Source: Octopus sinensis (Eukaryota). Taken from it: DNA of 64,000 bases. The stretch is from NCBI RefSeq assembly GCF_006345805.1, contig NC_043000.1, positions 78,430,001-78,494,000 of the forward strand, read 5' to 3'. The notes beneath the pieces are model-generated. The model made no database searches and was not told the DNA's origin. It saw only the letters and a program-made list of their open reading frames with translations. The position numbers and the translations under genes were made by a program. How positions within the stretch are numbered: position 1 is the stretch's first letter; the number at the start of each line of letters is the position of its first letter. This document shows, piece after piece, positions 35,711-49,926 of this stretch.

Positions 35711-36472
35711 GTGGGAACAGCATCTTAGATGCACAACGGGATTGTGCAAGTGCGCGCATGTGTGGGGTAATCAATAGGAGAGAGAGTTTTATAAAACTCT
35801 TCGCAAAACTACCTTGGCATTTTTTTCAACTGTCTAACAAGTATCAATCAAATTTCCCAAATGTACTTGCATGAACATGGAGTAATCGTAATGGGTCGTC
35901 TAAATTGTATCGAAAGAAAGTATGTATTAAGGCTGTAAAAAGAGTGTGGGGATGTCCTCAATTTCTAATATGTTAAAAAAAAAAATCTTTAGGTTTCTAG
36001 CTTCGCCTTAACTATTGAAATTTATGGTCAAAGGGAAATAACTACCATCATCTATAATAAGGGAAGTAACAAGAGCTTTACTGTTAGCATGTTTCTATAA
36101 AGCGAAATATATCGACTACATTTCCCAACTTGTCCCTCTCTATTTTAGAAGTAAGGATGTAACTTAAAGAACATTTGGTTATTATTTTTGTAGGTTGATC
36201 GGTACATATAGAAATGGTACCTGAAATGGAAATAAATATGAATACGTTTTTAAATATTCATTTTAAAGACCCGATGGCTGTGTGGAAAGTACTTTATTTT
36301 TTCTAGTTGTTAAAAAAGAAAAAGAAGTCTTGCAAACATATATACATACATATTTGCATATGTACATATATACATACATATTTGCATATATACATACATA
36401 TTTGCATATGTACGTGCATACATACATATGTACATACATTCAAACGCACATCAGCACGTACATACACACGCA

Positions 36473-37503
36473 TAATAATAATAAAGGGTAACATTAATCA
36501 ATAATTAATCAATTAATTAATTAATAATTGATAATTTACCAAGTAGTAGTACGTTAAAATAACCTTTTTAGGTGAATTATACAAAATATTTTATAATTAT
36601 ATACATAATTATAATCAGGAGTGAGCTAATTACTTCGCCACGTACCGAATTAAAAATAGACGCTAATGTCATTTCAACTACCATAAAGATCTTCGAGACA
36701 ATAACACACTTTTTTATGTAGGCAAAAAAAAAAAAAAAAAAAAAGAGAAAAAATGATGAACCCACACGACTTCGATTAACCACAGACGCGTTTCGAAATT
36801 AAAGTAAATTATATTTACCTATTTTCCTCGTTAGTGTGGTACTTCGAGTTATAAATTTGCGAGTGTTAAAATCAAATATGTAAGCGGTCAAGCGTCATCG
36901 CATAACTGATAGCCAACCAAAAAAAGTGTGTTATTACCTCGAAGATCTTTATAGTAGTTGAAAAGACATTAGCGTCTGTTTCTAATTCAGTACGTGGCAA
37001 AGCAATTAGCTAACCCCTGATTATAATTATGTATATAATTATAGCATATTTTGTATAATTCACCTAAAAATGATATTTTAACGTACTGACTACTTGGTAA
37101 AATTATTCATTATTAATTAATTAATTAATTAATTTTACCCTTTATTATTATTAAAATTATAATTTACTCCCTGATCGAAACTGCAGTTTTCTGCGAGATT
37201 GTTCGTAACACACACGACGCTTGATCACCTACATATTTAATCCTAACACGCGCAAATTTATAACTCGAAGTACCATGCTGAAAAGAAAAATAGGTAAATA
37301 TAATCTACTTTAATTTCGAAACGCGTCTGTAGTTAATCGAAGTCGTGTGGATTCATCATTTTTCTTTTTGTCTACATAAAAATGTGTGTTATTATCTCGG
37401 AGATCTTTATGATAGTTGAAATGACAACAGCATCTGTTTCTAATTCGGTATGTGGCGAAACAATTAGTTGACCCCTGATTATAATTATGTATATAATTAT
37501 AGA

Positions 37504-37512
<9 letters not shown>
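36473..37512. repeat. Compound inverted-repeat (foldback/MITE-like) structure
   Basis: 36473-36715 is inverted at 36920-37153, and 36581-36896 is inverted again at 37216-37512. Confidence 0.8.
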
Positions 37513-37564
<52 letters not shown>

Positions 37565-37809
37565 TCTTTAAGTTACCCCATCTATCTATCTATCTATCTA
37601 TCTCTCTGTCTATGGACGTGCTGTTACTTCGACTCCGAAGGTAATCGTTTATTTTGACTATTTATAGCCCAATTTTTGTGTACATTTTTGTAAATAAGTT
37701 GTGTAAGGCACCCAACTTTCGTTCGAGTGCTTTTCCAAGGGAGGAATTCGCCCCTAGGGGCAGTTTCAACCCCATTTCATTTCTGTAATTTTCTTCTTGA
37801 CATTAGAAA

Positions 37810-39699
37810 ATGTCGAGGAATTTTATTGTAGAACGCTGGTCGCGTTCTTTTATTGACCAGCATTTTCCTAGTTTGGAAACAATAGGAGAAAAAAAGAACG
37901 TACGCGCGCTAAGTGCAAATATGAATATCGGTGAAATTAACGCTGCAACCACGTGCGGTAACAGCCCTGTCACCACCGCCACCACCACCACCACCACTAA
38001 CAACAGCAACCACGAGACTACTACTGCTACCACCACCACCACCTCCACCACCACCACCACCACCACTACCACGACCAACATAAATGATAAAAATAAAACT
38101 CGCACGAAAACTATTGACAAAAAAACAGCAACAAGAACAACAATAAAAATGAACTATCTAATAGTGAAGATGTTAATACAAAAAAATCAACAACAGTAAA
38201 TTTCGCTGACACTCTTCGCCAGAAGAAGGAAATTGTGACATTTACAAATGAAGAGCTCATAGAAACAAGAGCTCTTTTTACAACCCGTGGACAAGATTTA
38301 GTGCTGCATACACCTCAACACATAAAGCAAGAAATAGAAAATAAGACAATTGTATATAAAATTATTAGAAAAAACAAAAAAACTAAATGAACAGATTACA
38401 AAAACTGATGTAGAAAAATGTTTAAAAAACATAATGAAAGAAAAAGAATATATAAACTGGGGTCCCCAGTTTAACACAGTAGTGGTCCGCTTCCCTAACC
38501 AGGAAGTGGCAAAAGCTCACTCTACTGAGTCTCTGGGAAATGATGAAATCATCATGGTCCCATACTATAAAAACCAGAGAGTGAGTAGAATTACTATTAA
38601 AAATGTACCTCCCGAGCTTCCTAACAAATGGATAACAGGGGCAATCTGTTACCATTTAAAAAATATAAACATTTTGGAGACCGCCGTGTACCCTGGCGAC
38701 ATTTGGGGTGGGAAGACAATAGTGGTGACGATACAGATTGAGGGGGCCTCTATCGAGTGCCTACCGGATAAGATCCACTTGGAAAATGGGCAATGCTTAT
38801 ATGTTGTGGCAGAAGGCAAAAAGCCTAAATGCTACAAATGTGGCAGCCCCGAACATTTAATTGCCAAGTGCGATCTGGTACAGAAAAAACAAGGAAGAAC
38901 AAATCAGAAAACAAATAAAATCCTTTTGTTGCCAACACCAACACCAACACACTCAATTATAGAACAATGCCAAGAAAAACAACAAACCAACGAACAAACC
39001 CCAACAACATCACCAAGAAAAGAAACAGTACCAACACAATCACCGTTGACTTCACAACCAATTAAACATGTTGAATCAACAAAAAATAGACCAACACCCA
39101 CACCCAGGACGACAATTAAAAAGACAGAAAACAGTGACGAGAAGACAAATGCTACCCCTAACACCACAACAACACAAACACCGCACAAAACAACAACAAT
39201 TTATACAAGCATACATAGTAATGCAAATGCTTTGCCTCTACCCCATACTGATACGTCGGACGACGAAAGTTCGACGGAATGGCAAATAGCCACAGGGGGT
39301 AAAAGAAAAAGATCCAAAAAATCCACCAAACAAGGAAGTAAAGCAGGTAGATATCTAACTCAGGACAACATCCCCCTAGACAATCAAAAATTAATGAACC
39401 CGTAAAACCACACACACAACTAACTGCAATAGACACAGACAATAAAGAATTAATGGACTACATCAAATCCAACATGGTCATCTGTGAAGATGACTTTAAG
39501 ACAAACAATCATCCGCACACCACACCACCGAAACACATCAGAATTTTACACATAACACAAGCACAACACCACATACTGAAAACAATATTTCCGAATGCGG
39601 TAGGCGGGTATCAACGATACCTGTCGAAAAAACTATACAAACACCTCATCAAAAACAATAGAAGAAGAAAAAAATGAAACTTTTAAAATGAGTAAGTGA
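37810..39699 (+). pseudogene. B1 ORF1 (T/N-rich N-terminus, gag-like core, knuckle CYKCGSPEHLIAKC, T/P-rich linker, C-terminal domain), frameshifted
   Basis: ORFs 37810..38199, 38350..39405 and 39453..39677. Confidence 0.8.
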
Positions 39700-39756
39700 C
39701 CTCCCTTCTTGCCTCTTGTCTCTTCTAATATAGCGTGTAAAACACAATTTTCGTAA

Positions 39757-42700
39757 ATGTCAAGTATGCTTAAATTAGGTTGTGTGATTGCGCGTGGCTT
39801 GGCGTCGGCTTGGAAGCAAGGTTACCTTCTAAACGACATCAAGTCACTGGACGTGGATATAGTAGCTATCAGTGAAACCAGACTCAGTAAGCCGCGGGCC
39901 CTCGAGTCCATGTTTGGCAATCAATTTGACATTTATTTTTCTCCCTGTCTGCCGAACATGGGTGGTGGAGGTACTGCGGTGCTTTTTCGAAAGAGTCTAA
40001 AGGTAAAAGTAAGAGCAATATTCCTAGACCCGGAGGGTAGGCTGGTTGTCTTGGACGTGGATGGCAGAAATGGGTGTGCATTCCGTCTGATGGCAGTTTA
40101 TGCACCGTCCTTAATGGGTCGGGCGGATTTCTTCAGACGTCTAGAGGTTTTCCTGGGTACGTCTAGACCTTTACTGTTAGTAGAGGATTGGAACGCTACC
40201 TTGGACACGCATCTAGATTATGTGGGAAGGGATAGGAATAGAAGGGGGTGTAAGAGCCTCAAAGACCTGCTCAGACGTTTCCATTTGTCTGACAGGTTCC
40301 GACTCGACCATCCGAACGTGCCAACGTGGACTTGGACAAACCGCGTCGGATCGTCGAGATCTTATCTAGATAGAATTCTATGCAGGACAGCGGATAGGGA
40401 TAGTGTAGGATGTCCACAATTTAAAATAGTCAGCTACACAGATCACAAATTTGTGACGTGTACGCTCGACTTAGATAAAACACATAGGCAGGGTCCCGGT
40501 TACTGGAAACTGAACACGTCGCTGTTAGCGCAACAGGTTTACAGGAACCGGATTAGCGAGTTAATTAAGAGGGCGCTGACGGGAGCCGTCGTTAACAACC
40601 GCTGGTGGTACGCCCTGAAAATGGCAATAAAATCGGAATCAATTAGGTTTAGCAAGGAATTAGCGATAGAACGAAATAGAGTAGAGGGAGACTTAGTTAA
40701 GAAACTAGAAGAGGCACTTACCACTGGCAGCGCAACCAACGTGCTGGCTGCGAGGATGGCCCTCGACCAACACCTCAACGCCAAGCACGAAGGTTGCGTC
40801 GTCAGAGCTAAAATGCGTGCATTAAGGAACGAAGGGATTGAAGCTGCGCGAGAGGCCCGGGTAGCTGAGGCGCAGCGTAGCAACAGAGCCACCATTCGGT
40901 CTCTAATAGATCAACAGGGATACAGTTTACTCGAACCCGAAAGGATGTGTGAGGCCTTTCAACAGCACTTTGCTCGACTGTTTGGTGCGAGCGGTGGGTC
41001 GGAACGCGGGATGGATTTCATTGCCTACCTGACCGACCTGCCGCGGCTCTCGGCAAGAGAAGCGGAGTGTTGTGAAAGTCCCATCACAGTCGCTGACGTG
41101 TGGGATGCGATGGCGGGCTGCGCGAGGGATAAGTCGCCTGGATTGGATGGTTTACCCTACGAGCTGTATTGTCGAATGCCAGACTTGTTTGCCGACCTCT
41201 TGGCATCAGTCTACTGCAACTGGTAACAAAACGGGAGAATCCCCGGTTTCGTGAGCCGAGGTGCAGTGACGTTGCTGAAGAAAGACCCTGACAAGGAGAA
41301 TTTTATAGATAATTTCAGGCCCATCACTCTGCTCAACGCAGATTTGAAAATTTTGGCCAAAGTAATAGCCGAGAGGTTGGCGCTTGTCATTGGTAAACTG
41401 GTCGACAGGGCGCAAACATGCGCCGTACCGGGCAGAACCATACATGACAACCTCCATCTGATGCGCTACATTGTGGACAGGGTAGTTAAGGATCCTGGCA
41501 TGGGTGGGGCGCTGATAAATTTGGATCAGTCTAAAGCCTTCGATAGGGTCGACCATCGGTACTTGGCGGCCGTCCTCAGGGCGGCTGGCTTCGGTCCCGT
41601 CTTCCGCGGTTGGATCGCTGCCTTATATAGCGGCATCCGATCGGTGATTCGGGTGAACGGTCACCTGTCGAAACCGTTTGACATCACGCGTTTGGTCCGT
41701 CAGGGGTGTCCCCTGTCGGCGCTTCTGTATGTATTGACTCTCGAGCCGCTACTGCGGAAGGTGGCGACACTGAGGGGCATCCCACGGGAACTGGGTTGCG
41801 GGACGAGCGTGTCGGCATATGCGGACGATGTCACCGTCATAGTGTCGAGCGACAAACACATCAAGATGATAGGCGAGACACTAAGAAAATACGAAACGGT
41901 GACGGGAGCAAAGATTAACCCGGAAAAGTCAGTGGGTTTGCTACTCGGCACCTGGAGAAGCAAGCCCATGCCGTCCGACTGCGGCTCAGTAGTGGGACGC
42001 TGGACGGACGGACCGGTTAAATTGCACGGGGTCTGGTTCAGTCCGGACCTCCAAATGGATAAGAACTGGGACGAGATCACGAGTAGAGTGGTCGCTCTCA
42101 GCCAAACATGGGCCGAGAGAAAGCTGTCTCTAAAAGGCCGGGCGGAGGTGGCGAACGCGTACATCGCATCCGTCATCGATTACCGCCTGACCGTCGTACC
42201 TTGTCCCAACGCCACCGTCACCAAACTGGAACGCATACTCTTCCGCTTCCTGTGAAAGGGTGGCGTTCCGATGGTGAGGAAGTCCATTTGCTGTCAACAT
42301 CCGTTGAATGGAGGACTGGGAATGCTGTGGTTGATGATGCGCAGGCATGCGCTGAGACTGCGGCATCTCTGGAACTTCATCGACGACGGTGAACAGGTGT
42401 GGGCGCCGTTTGTGAGGCGCGCCTTCCCGCAGCTCGTCTCACTGACCGAACTGCAAACGTGGATCAAAAAGAGACCGAAACTGGGCGATTGGCACCGAGA
42501 GTGTCGCCAAGCTCTACAGCAGCTCTGCCGACCGGGGTCAAACTTGTGCAACTTACAAACGACTAAAGCGTTCTATAGAGGACTAGTGGAGGAGAGGTCC
42601 GACGACACACTCGGGGCAAACCTGGGCGTCGACGAGAAATTCCTAACCCGCCTGTTCAGGACGACGTTCGGGCCGGGGCCTATGGATAACTTCCAGAAAT

Positions 42701-43205
42701 CCCTGGCTTGGCAGTGCTATCGAGACGCACTACCTGTTCGAGAGAAGAGCTACAGACACGGTTCGAAAACCAAACCGGACCGACCTGCCCGAGATGCGGT
42801 CAGAGCGACGAAACCGTTCTGCATGCACTCGTGCAGTGTCCAGATATTTCAGAGCTGTGGTCCTTCGTCGAACAGCTGTTGTCACGTGTAGGTCAGGCTC
42901 GCCTATCGGCCGAGTCTATCCTGAATATTGTTCCACCACCTTCCTTTAAACGGGAAGAGAAAACGGTTTTCGTTACGCTGATGGCTATGGCGAAAGAATG
43001 TGTGTGGTGGACGCGTTTGAAAGGACTGCAAACAAACACCTTCCTCTCTGGTCAGTCTCTCGTCAACTTTTTCAAGTACCACTTGAAAAGGAGGATGAGA
43101 ATAGAGAGGAAGGCTTTGTCGAACGAATGTTTTAATAAAAAGTGGGTAAAAGTGGCAAAAATGGTCAGTATGAAAGACGACACTATTTTAAGCATAAATC
43201 TGTAA
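39757..43205 (+). pseudogene. B1 ORF2 (APE-RT-zinc finger) with two nonsense codons and a frameshift
   Basis: ORFs 39757..41226, 41251..42255, 42271..42891 and 42708..43205. Motifs ISETRL, YLDRILC, TDHK, QGCPLS, YADD and CPRC-x8-H-x4-C. Confidence 0.92.
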
Positions 43206-43531
43206 CCAAAAGAGACAATGAGAAGTAAGGCGACTTACTCGTGTTCTTTTTCGAATTGTCTGAGGTGACCTTGGTCTTTTTTGTAGGTTTTTCTTTCCAA
43301 GGCTACACCTAAACTGTGAACCTTATATATATATATATATATTATATATATATATATATATTATATATATATATATATATTGCTTTTTTATACACCACAC
43401 AACCCACAGATCCCTATTGATCAAACGTTTTCTTTTGTGCCCCACCCATCCCACCTCGAAAAGAAAAAATTCTACATTGTATTTCGTCCATTTTTATTCT
43501 GTGTTTAGCCCTGTGTGGCTACAATAAAAAG

Positions 43532-43631
<100 letters not shown>

Positions 43632-43830
43632 GTCTATGGACGTGCTGTCACTTCGACTCCGAAGGTAATCATTTATTTTGACTATAGCCCAATTTTTGTG
43701 TACATTTTTGTAAATAAGTTGTGTAAGGCACCCAACTTTCGTTTGAGTGCTTTTCCAAGGGAGGAATTCGCCCCTAGGGGCAGTTTCAACCCTATTTAAT
43801 TTTTGTAATTTCTTTCTAGACATTTTCAAA

Positions 43831-46011
43831 ATGTCAAGAAATTATATTGTAGATCGATGGTCGCGTTCCTTTATCGACCAGCTTTCTCCTAGACTGGAAA
43901 CGCTAGGAGAAAAAAAGAATTTTTGCGCGCAAAGTAAAATCATCAATGACTTTGCAATGAACGCTACAACTACGTGTAGTAACAGCCCTGTCACCAACAC
44001 CGCCACTAGCAAGAACAACATAGAGACTACTACTGTTACCACCACCGCCTTCACCACCACCACCATCACCGCCGCCACCTCATCCACTACCTCAACTACC
44101 AACAACAACAACAATAACAATGACAACAAAAATAAAAATTGCGCCACCATTTCGACATCTGCTGCCTCGGCTGTCTCTTCTGCCACTGACACCACCACCA
44201 ACAACAAAAACAACAATAACAACAACAACAATTCCGTTCAGACCTGTTTTACTCCAACAACAAGAACTGAAGTGAATAAACAAAAAACTGTAACCACCAA
44301 ACAAATTGACAAAAGCTGCTCGAATACAGGGATAAATTATGAAAATAATTTTCCACCCCTTCCTACTTGCACAATCGAACCAAACACACCAATTTTACAA
44401 ACTGCAGCCAACAACAACATCACCACCAGCAACAACAAATTTCGCTGAGGCGATTAAAGAATAAGAAACAACAGTATATTTTACTGCTCAACAAATACAA
44501 GACACGAACATTACAATAACAGAATTAGATGGTATAGTGAAGATAAACATACCAGAAGAAATATTAGGAGATGAAAAAAAAAAGAACAATTATTTATAAA
44601 ATAATTAATAAGAAAACAAAAAGCCCAGAGAAGGCTAACACAAGCAAAATAGAAAAATGCTTGAAACCCATCTGGAACTACAAAGACTATGTGACCTGGT
44701 GGGACAAGTTCGCACACATAAAAGTGGTTTTCCACACTGAAGAGTTAGCAAGACATTTCTCAACGCTAACTCTTCATTCAGATGAACTTACATTAACACC
44801 AAGCTATCGGGGACAGAAAGTGACTAAGATCACTTTAAACAATGTCCCCAAAATAGCTAATAATCTATGGCTAGTAAAGGCCTTATGTGTAAAAATGAAA
44901 AATTTCACTATTTTGGAAACCACGGTCACGGAGCACAAAAACTGGGTGGGAAAAAAAGTAGAATTTCTACTACACATAAATCAAGAAGACATAAAAAGAA
45001 ATACCCACCCAGATATGTGTATCAGAAGACCACAAGTTGTATGTGGTCGTCGATGGCAGAAGACCACGTTGCTACATATGCGGCAGTGAGCAACACCTAA
45101 AAAAAGACTGCAAATCTGCCGCAAGAAAACAACAGCAACAACAACAGCAGCCGGAAAAACAAATAAACCAGGTTTACTACCCACACCACGTTTTGCACGA
45201 ACAAACCTCACCAACCAAACAACCACACCAACTGCAGCACCAAGAACAGAAGCAACATCACCAACAACGACAACCAAGAATAAACCAACTCCCAAACCAA
45301 GGACATCTGCCAAAAAGACACTCAGCGAAAATGAAGAAACAATTACAACTCCAAATCCCCACAAAATTGAGACCCCAAACAACACAACAATACCTACAAT
45401 CACTCAAATACAAAATACCCACACCCCACCTCCAAAACCGCATACACCACAACCAAACGCTCACCAACCAACACCAACAACAAAATCGAAACAGTCTACA
45501 ATAGACCCCAATATTTTCCCTCTTCCAAGCTCTGATTCTTCTGATTTGTCATTAGACGAAGAAGACACAGAAGATTGGCAAATAGCCACAGGGGGGAAGA
45601 AGAAAAAGGGGAAAAAAAAGAAAAGAAAAAATAACAAACAAAGCAGGAAGATACACCACTCCCGAAACAAAAACATCCACAGAAAACAAACACATCAACA
45701 CAAACACACCATCATCAAACCCCCCAACAATGTTGACAGCCATAAACACAAACAACCACGACTTAATGGAACACATTAGGTCAAACACCAACATAACTGA
45801 AAACGACATAAAAACAAGTAACCACCCACGCACAACACCACCACAACACATTAAAATAATACACGTAACACAGAACACATACAGCACCATGAAATCTCTT
45901 TACCCTGATGCAGTAGGGAGATTTCAAAAGTATTCATAAAAAAAACTATACAAAAGCCTCATAGAAGAAGACCGTGAGGTGAAAGATAAAGGACTTTCGA
46001 ACAACAAGTAA
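43831..46011 (+). pseudogene. B2 ORF1, frameshifted (knuckle CYICGSEQHLKKDC)
   Basis: ORFs 43747..44448, 44571..45089, 45037..45504 and 45730..45939. Confidence 0.8.
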
Positions 46012-46078
46012 CCCTTTCTCTCTCTCTTTCCTTTTTTTGCACTTTCTTTTCGTGTGTAAAACACAATTTTATCGGAAC

Positions 46079-49000
46079 ATGCTCAGAATAGGCAGTATAA
46101 AAGTACGTGGCTTGGGGTCGCCTTGGAAACAAGGCTACCTGTTAAATGACATCAAGTCACTAAATCTGAATATCATAGCCATCAGTGAGACCAGACTCCA
46201 CAGCTTGCGGGCACTCCAGCACATTTTCGGTACACATTTCAACATTTATTTTTCTCCGTGTCTACCGAGAATGGGCGGAGGTGGCACCGCGGTGCTTATC
46301 CGGAAGAGTCTGGATCTCAAAGTAAGAGCAAATTTCCTAGACCCGGAGGGTAGGCTGGTCGTTTTGGATGTCGATGGCAGCAATGAGTGTGCTTTTCGAC
46401 TGATAGCAGTTTATGCCCCGTCCTTAACAGGCCGACCAGATTTCTTTCGACGTCTCGTCCTTTACTTTTAGTGGGGGATTGGAATGCCACCCTGGACACG
46501 CATCTAGACTACGTGGGCAGAGATAGCAATAGAAGGGGATGCAAATGCCTCAAAGATCTGCTCAGACGTTTCCAACTGTCTGACAGGTACCGACTGGACC
46601 ACCCGAATGTGCCAATGTGAACATGGAGTAACCGCATCGGGTTGTCCAGATCATACTTAGATAGAGTATTCTGTAGGACAATAGATAAAAATAGTGTAGG
46701 TTGTCCACAATTTCATATAGTCAGTTACACAGATCACAAGTTTGTGACTTGTACACTTGACTTAGATAAGACACATAGGCAGGGTCCTGGTTACTGGAAA
46801 CTGAACGCGTCTTTTACAGCACGACAGGTTTACAGGGACCGGATCAGCACATTAGTTAAGAGAGCTTTGACGGGTACCATCATCAACAACAGATGGTGGT
46901 ATGCCCTAAAAAAAGCAATTAAAGCAGAATCAGTCAGATACAGTAGAGCCCTAGCATTAGACCGAAATAGAATAGAGGGAGAATTAGTTAAGGTTTTAGA
47001 AGAGGCACTTAGAACTGGCATCGCGTCCAACGTGCTGGCGGCGAGATTGGCCCTCGACAAACACCTCAACGCCAAACACGAGGGATGCGTTGTCAGAGCT
47101 AGGATGCGTGCTCTGAGGAACGAAGGAGTTGGAGCCGCCCAAGAGGCCCGAGTGGTGGAGACGCAACGAGGCAACAGAGCCACCATCAAGTCTCTTATAG
47201 ATGAACAGGGGCGCGAATTGCTCGAGCCTAAAAGGATGTGTGGGGCTTTTCAACAACACTTCACCCAACTGTTTGGGACAAGTGGTGAGTCAGAACGCAG
47301 AGTGGACTTTAGTGCCTACCTGCATGTCTTGCCACGACTCTCAGCAAGAGAGGTGGAGTCTTGTGAAATGCCTATCACAGCTGCGGACGTACAGGATGCG
47401 ATGGTAGGCTGCGCGAGAGACAAGTCACCAGGCTTGGATTGTCTGCCCTACGAACTTTATTTTCATATGCCAGACTTGTTTGGAGGCGTCTTGGCAGCTG
47501 TCTACTGCAACTGGCAGCAAAACGGGAGTATTCCTGCTTTTGTAAAGCGAGGAGCAGTGGCACTGATTAAGAAAGACCCAAACAAGGGGGACGTCATAGA
47601 TAATTTCAGGCCCATCACTCTGCTCAACGCAGATTTGAAAATTTTGGCCAAGGTGTAAGCCGAGAGGTTGGCGCTTGTCATCAAGAAACTAATCGACAAG
47701 GCGCAAACATGCGCCGTGCCGGGTAGAAGTATTCATGACAACCTCCATCTGATGCGCTACATCATAGACAGGGTAGTTAAGAATCCTGGCATGGGTGGGG
47801 CGCTGATCAATTTGGATCAATCAAAAGCCTTCGATAGGGTAGACCATCACTACTTGGAGGCTGTCCTTAAAGCGGCTGGTTTCGGTCCAGTTTTCCGCGG
47901 TTGGATCGCTGCCTTATACAGCGGCATCCGCTCAGTAGTTCGCGTAAATGGTCATCTATCCAGACCTTTTAACATCATGCGTTCGGTTCGTCAGGGATGC
48001 CCCCTCTCATCGCTGCTGTATGTACTGACTCTTGAGCCACTACTGCGGAAACTGGCGACGCTGAGGGGCATCCCACGAGAGCTGGGATGCGGGAGGATGC
48101 GTCATAGTGTCGAGCTACCAGCAGATCGAGCTGGTCGGCGAGACACTAAAAGAATACGAAGCGGTAACGGGAGCAAAAATTAACCGGGAAAAGTCAGTGG
48201 GCTTGCGGCTTGGCACCTGGAGAAGCAGGCCCATGCCGTCCAACAGCGTCTCCATCGTGGGACGCTGGACGGACGGACCGGTTAAATTGCTCGGGGTCTG
48301 GTTCGGTCCGGACCTCCAAATGGAGAAGAACTGGGGCGAGATAACGACTAGGGTGGCTACTCTCACCCAGAAATGGGCTGAGAGAAAGCTATCCCTAAAA
48401 GGTCGGGCGGAGGTGGCGAACGCGTACATCGCATCCGTCATCGAGTATCGTCTGACCGTCGTGCCTTGTCCCGACCCTACCATCACCAAACTGGAACGTA
48501 TACTCTTCCGCTTCTTGTAGAAGGGAAACGTTCCGATGGTCAGGTGATCCATTTGCTGTCAACACCCGCTAAATGGAGGGCTGGGCATGCCGTGGTTGAT
48601 GATGCGCAGACATGCGCTGAGACTGCGACATCTCCGGCGCTTCATAGACAACGGTGAACAGGTGTGGTCGCCTTTTGTGCGGCGCGCTTTCCCGCAGCTC
48701 GTCTCCTTGGACGAACTACAGTCATGGATCAAGCAGAGACCGAGGCTAGGCGAATGGCACCGCGAGTGTCGCGTTGCTCTCAAGCAACTCTGCCGTCCGG
48801 GATCGAACTTGTGCGACTCCATCACAACAAAGGCATTCTATAGAGGATTAGTGGAGGGGAGGTGCGACGACGAACTCGGGCAGAGTCTGGGCGTCGACGA
48901 GGAACACCTGACCCGCCTGTTCAGGACAACTTTCAGGCCGGGACCTATGAACAATCACCAAAGATCCCTGGCCTGGCAGTGCTATCGAGAAGCATTACCT

Positions 49001-49468
49001 GTTCGGGATAAGCTCTACAGACACGGGTCCAGACACACTGGACCGACTTGCCCGAGATGCGGTCAGAGCGACAAAACCGTTCTGCACGCCCTCGTGCAAT
49101 GTCCAACCGTTTCAGACCTGTGGGCTTATGCCGAACGGCTGCTGTCACGTGTGGGACGAATCCGCCTGTCGGCCGAGTCTATCGTGAGAATTGCTCCGCC
49201 CCCTTCCCTCAACCGGGAAGGCAAGGCAGTTTTCATCGTACTGGTGGCCATGGCGAAAGAATGTGTGTGGTGGACCCGAGCGAAAGGATTAGAGACAAAC
49301 ACTTACCTCTCTGGCCAATCGCTCATCAACTTTTTCAAGTACCACTTGAAAAGGAAGGTGAGAATGGAGAGGGAAGTTTTGTCTCGCGAAAGATTCAAAA
49401 AAAGATGGGTGAATGTTGCAAAGATGGTGCGTGCGAGTGACGAAACCATTTTGAGCATGATCCTGTAG
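46079..49468 (+). pseudogene. B2 ORF2; stops and small deletions, YADD segment deleted at ~48088
   Basis: ORFs 46037..46471, 46642..47658, 47668..48183, 48107..48520 and 48587..49468. Confidence 0.9.
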
Positions 49469-49774
49469 ATCGTAAAAAAGAAAGAAAGAGAGCATTTTGA
49501 TCTCATGTGGTTATTTCCTCCCTGACTGAGGTTCCCGTTGTCTTTTCTGTAGGCTTTTCTTCCCACGGATGAACCCAATCTTGTTATATCAATGTTTTTA
49601 TCATTATTTCTGTGATACACGATTTCCTTTTTTTTTTCTTTTTTTCCTCCCCTCGATCCCTTTTGATCGCAGTCTTACATTTATTTTCTTTTTTTTCCAC
49701 CCTCGAAAAGAAAAGCTCTGCATTTGTATTTGTCCCCTCTGTATTCAGCCCAGTGTGGCTAATAAAAGAAAGTT

Positions 49775-49799
49775 ATCTATCTATCTATCTATCTATCTA

Positions 49800-49849
<50 letters not shown>

Positions 49850-49926
49850 CGTCCGTCCGTCCGTCCGTCCGTCCGTCCGTCCGTCCGTCCGTCCATCCAT
49901 CCATCCATCTATCTATCTATCTATCT
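49775..49926. repeat. Compound microsatellite (ATCT)n(GTCT)n(GTCC)n(ATCC)n(ATCT)n between B2 and B3
   Basis: Directly visible. Confidence 0.97.

Larger units (their letters stand above)
43633..49774 (+). mobile_element. Tx1-like non-LTR retrotransposon, family B, copy B2, full length (different subfamily from B1)
   Basis: Same 5' UTR start as B1; ORF1 43831-46011, ORF2 46079-49468, 3' end ...GTGGCTAATAAAAGAAAGTT. Confidence 0.92.

Noticed and set aside
37609-37700. HDV-like ribozyme at the 5' end of B elements
   Set aside because: I found no complement for a P1 helix and no nested pseudoknot.
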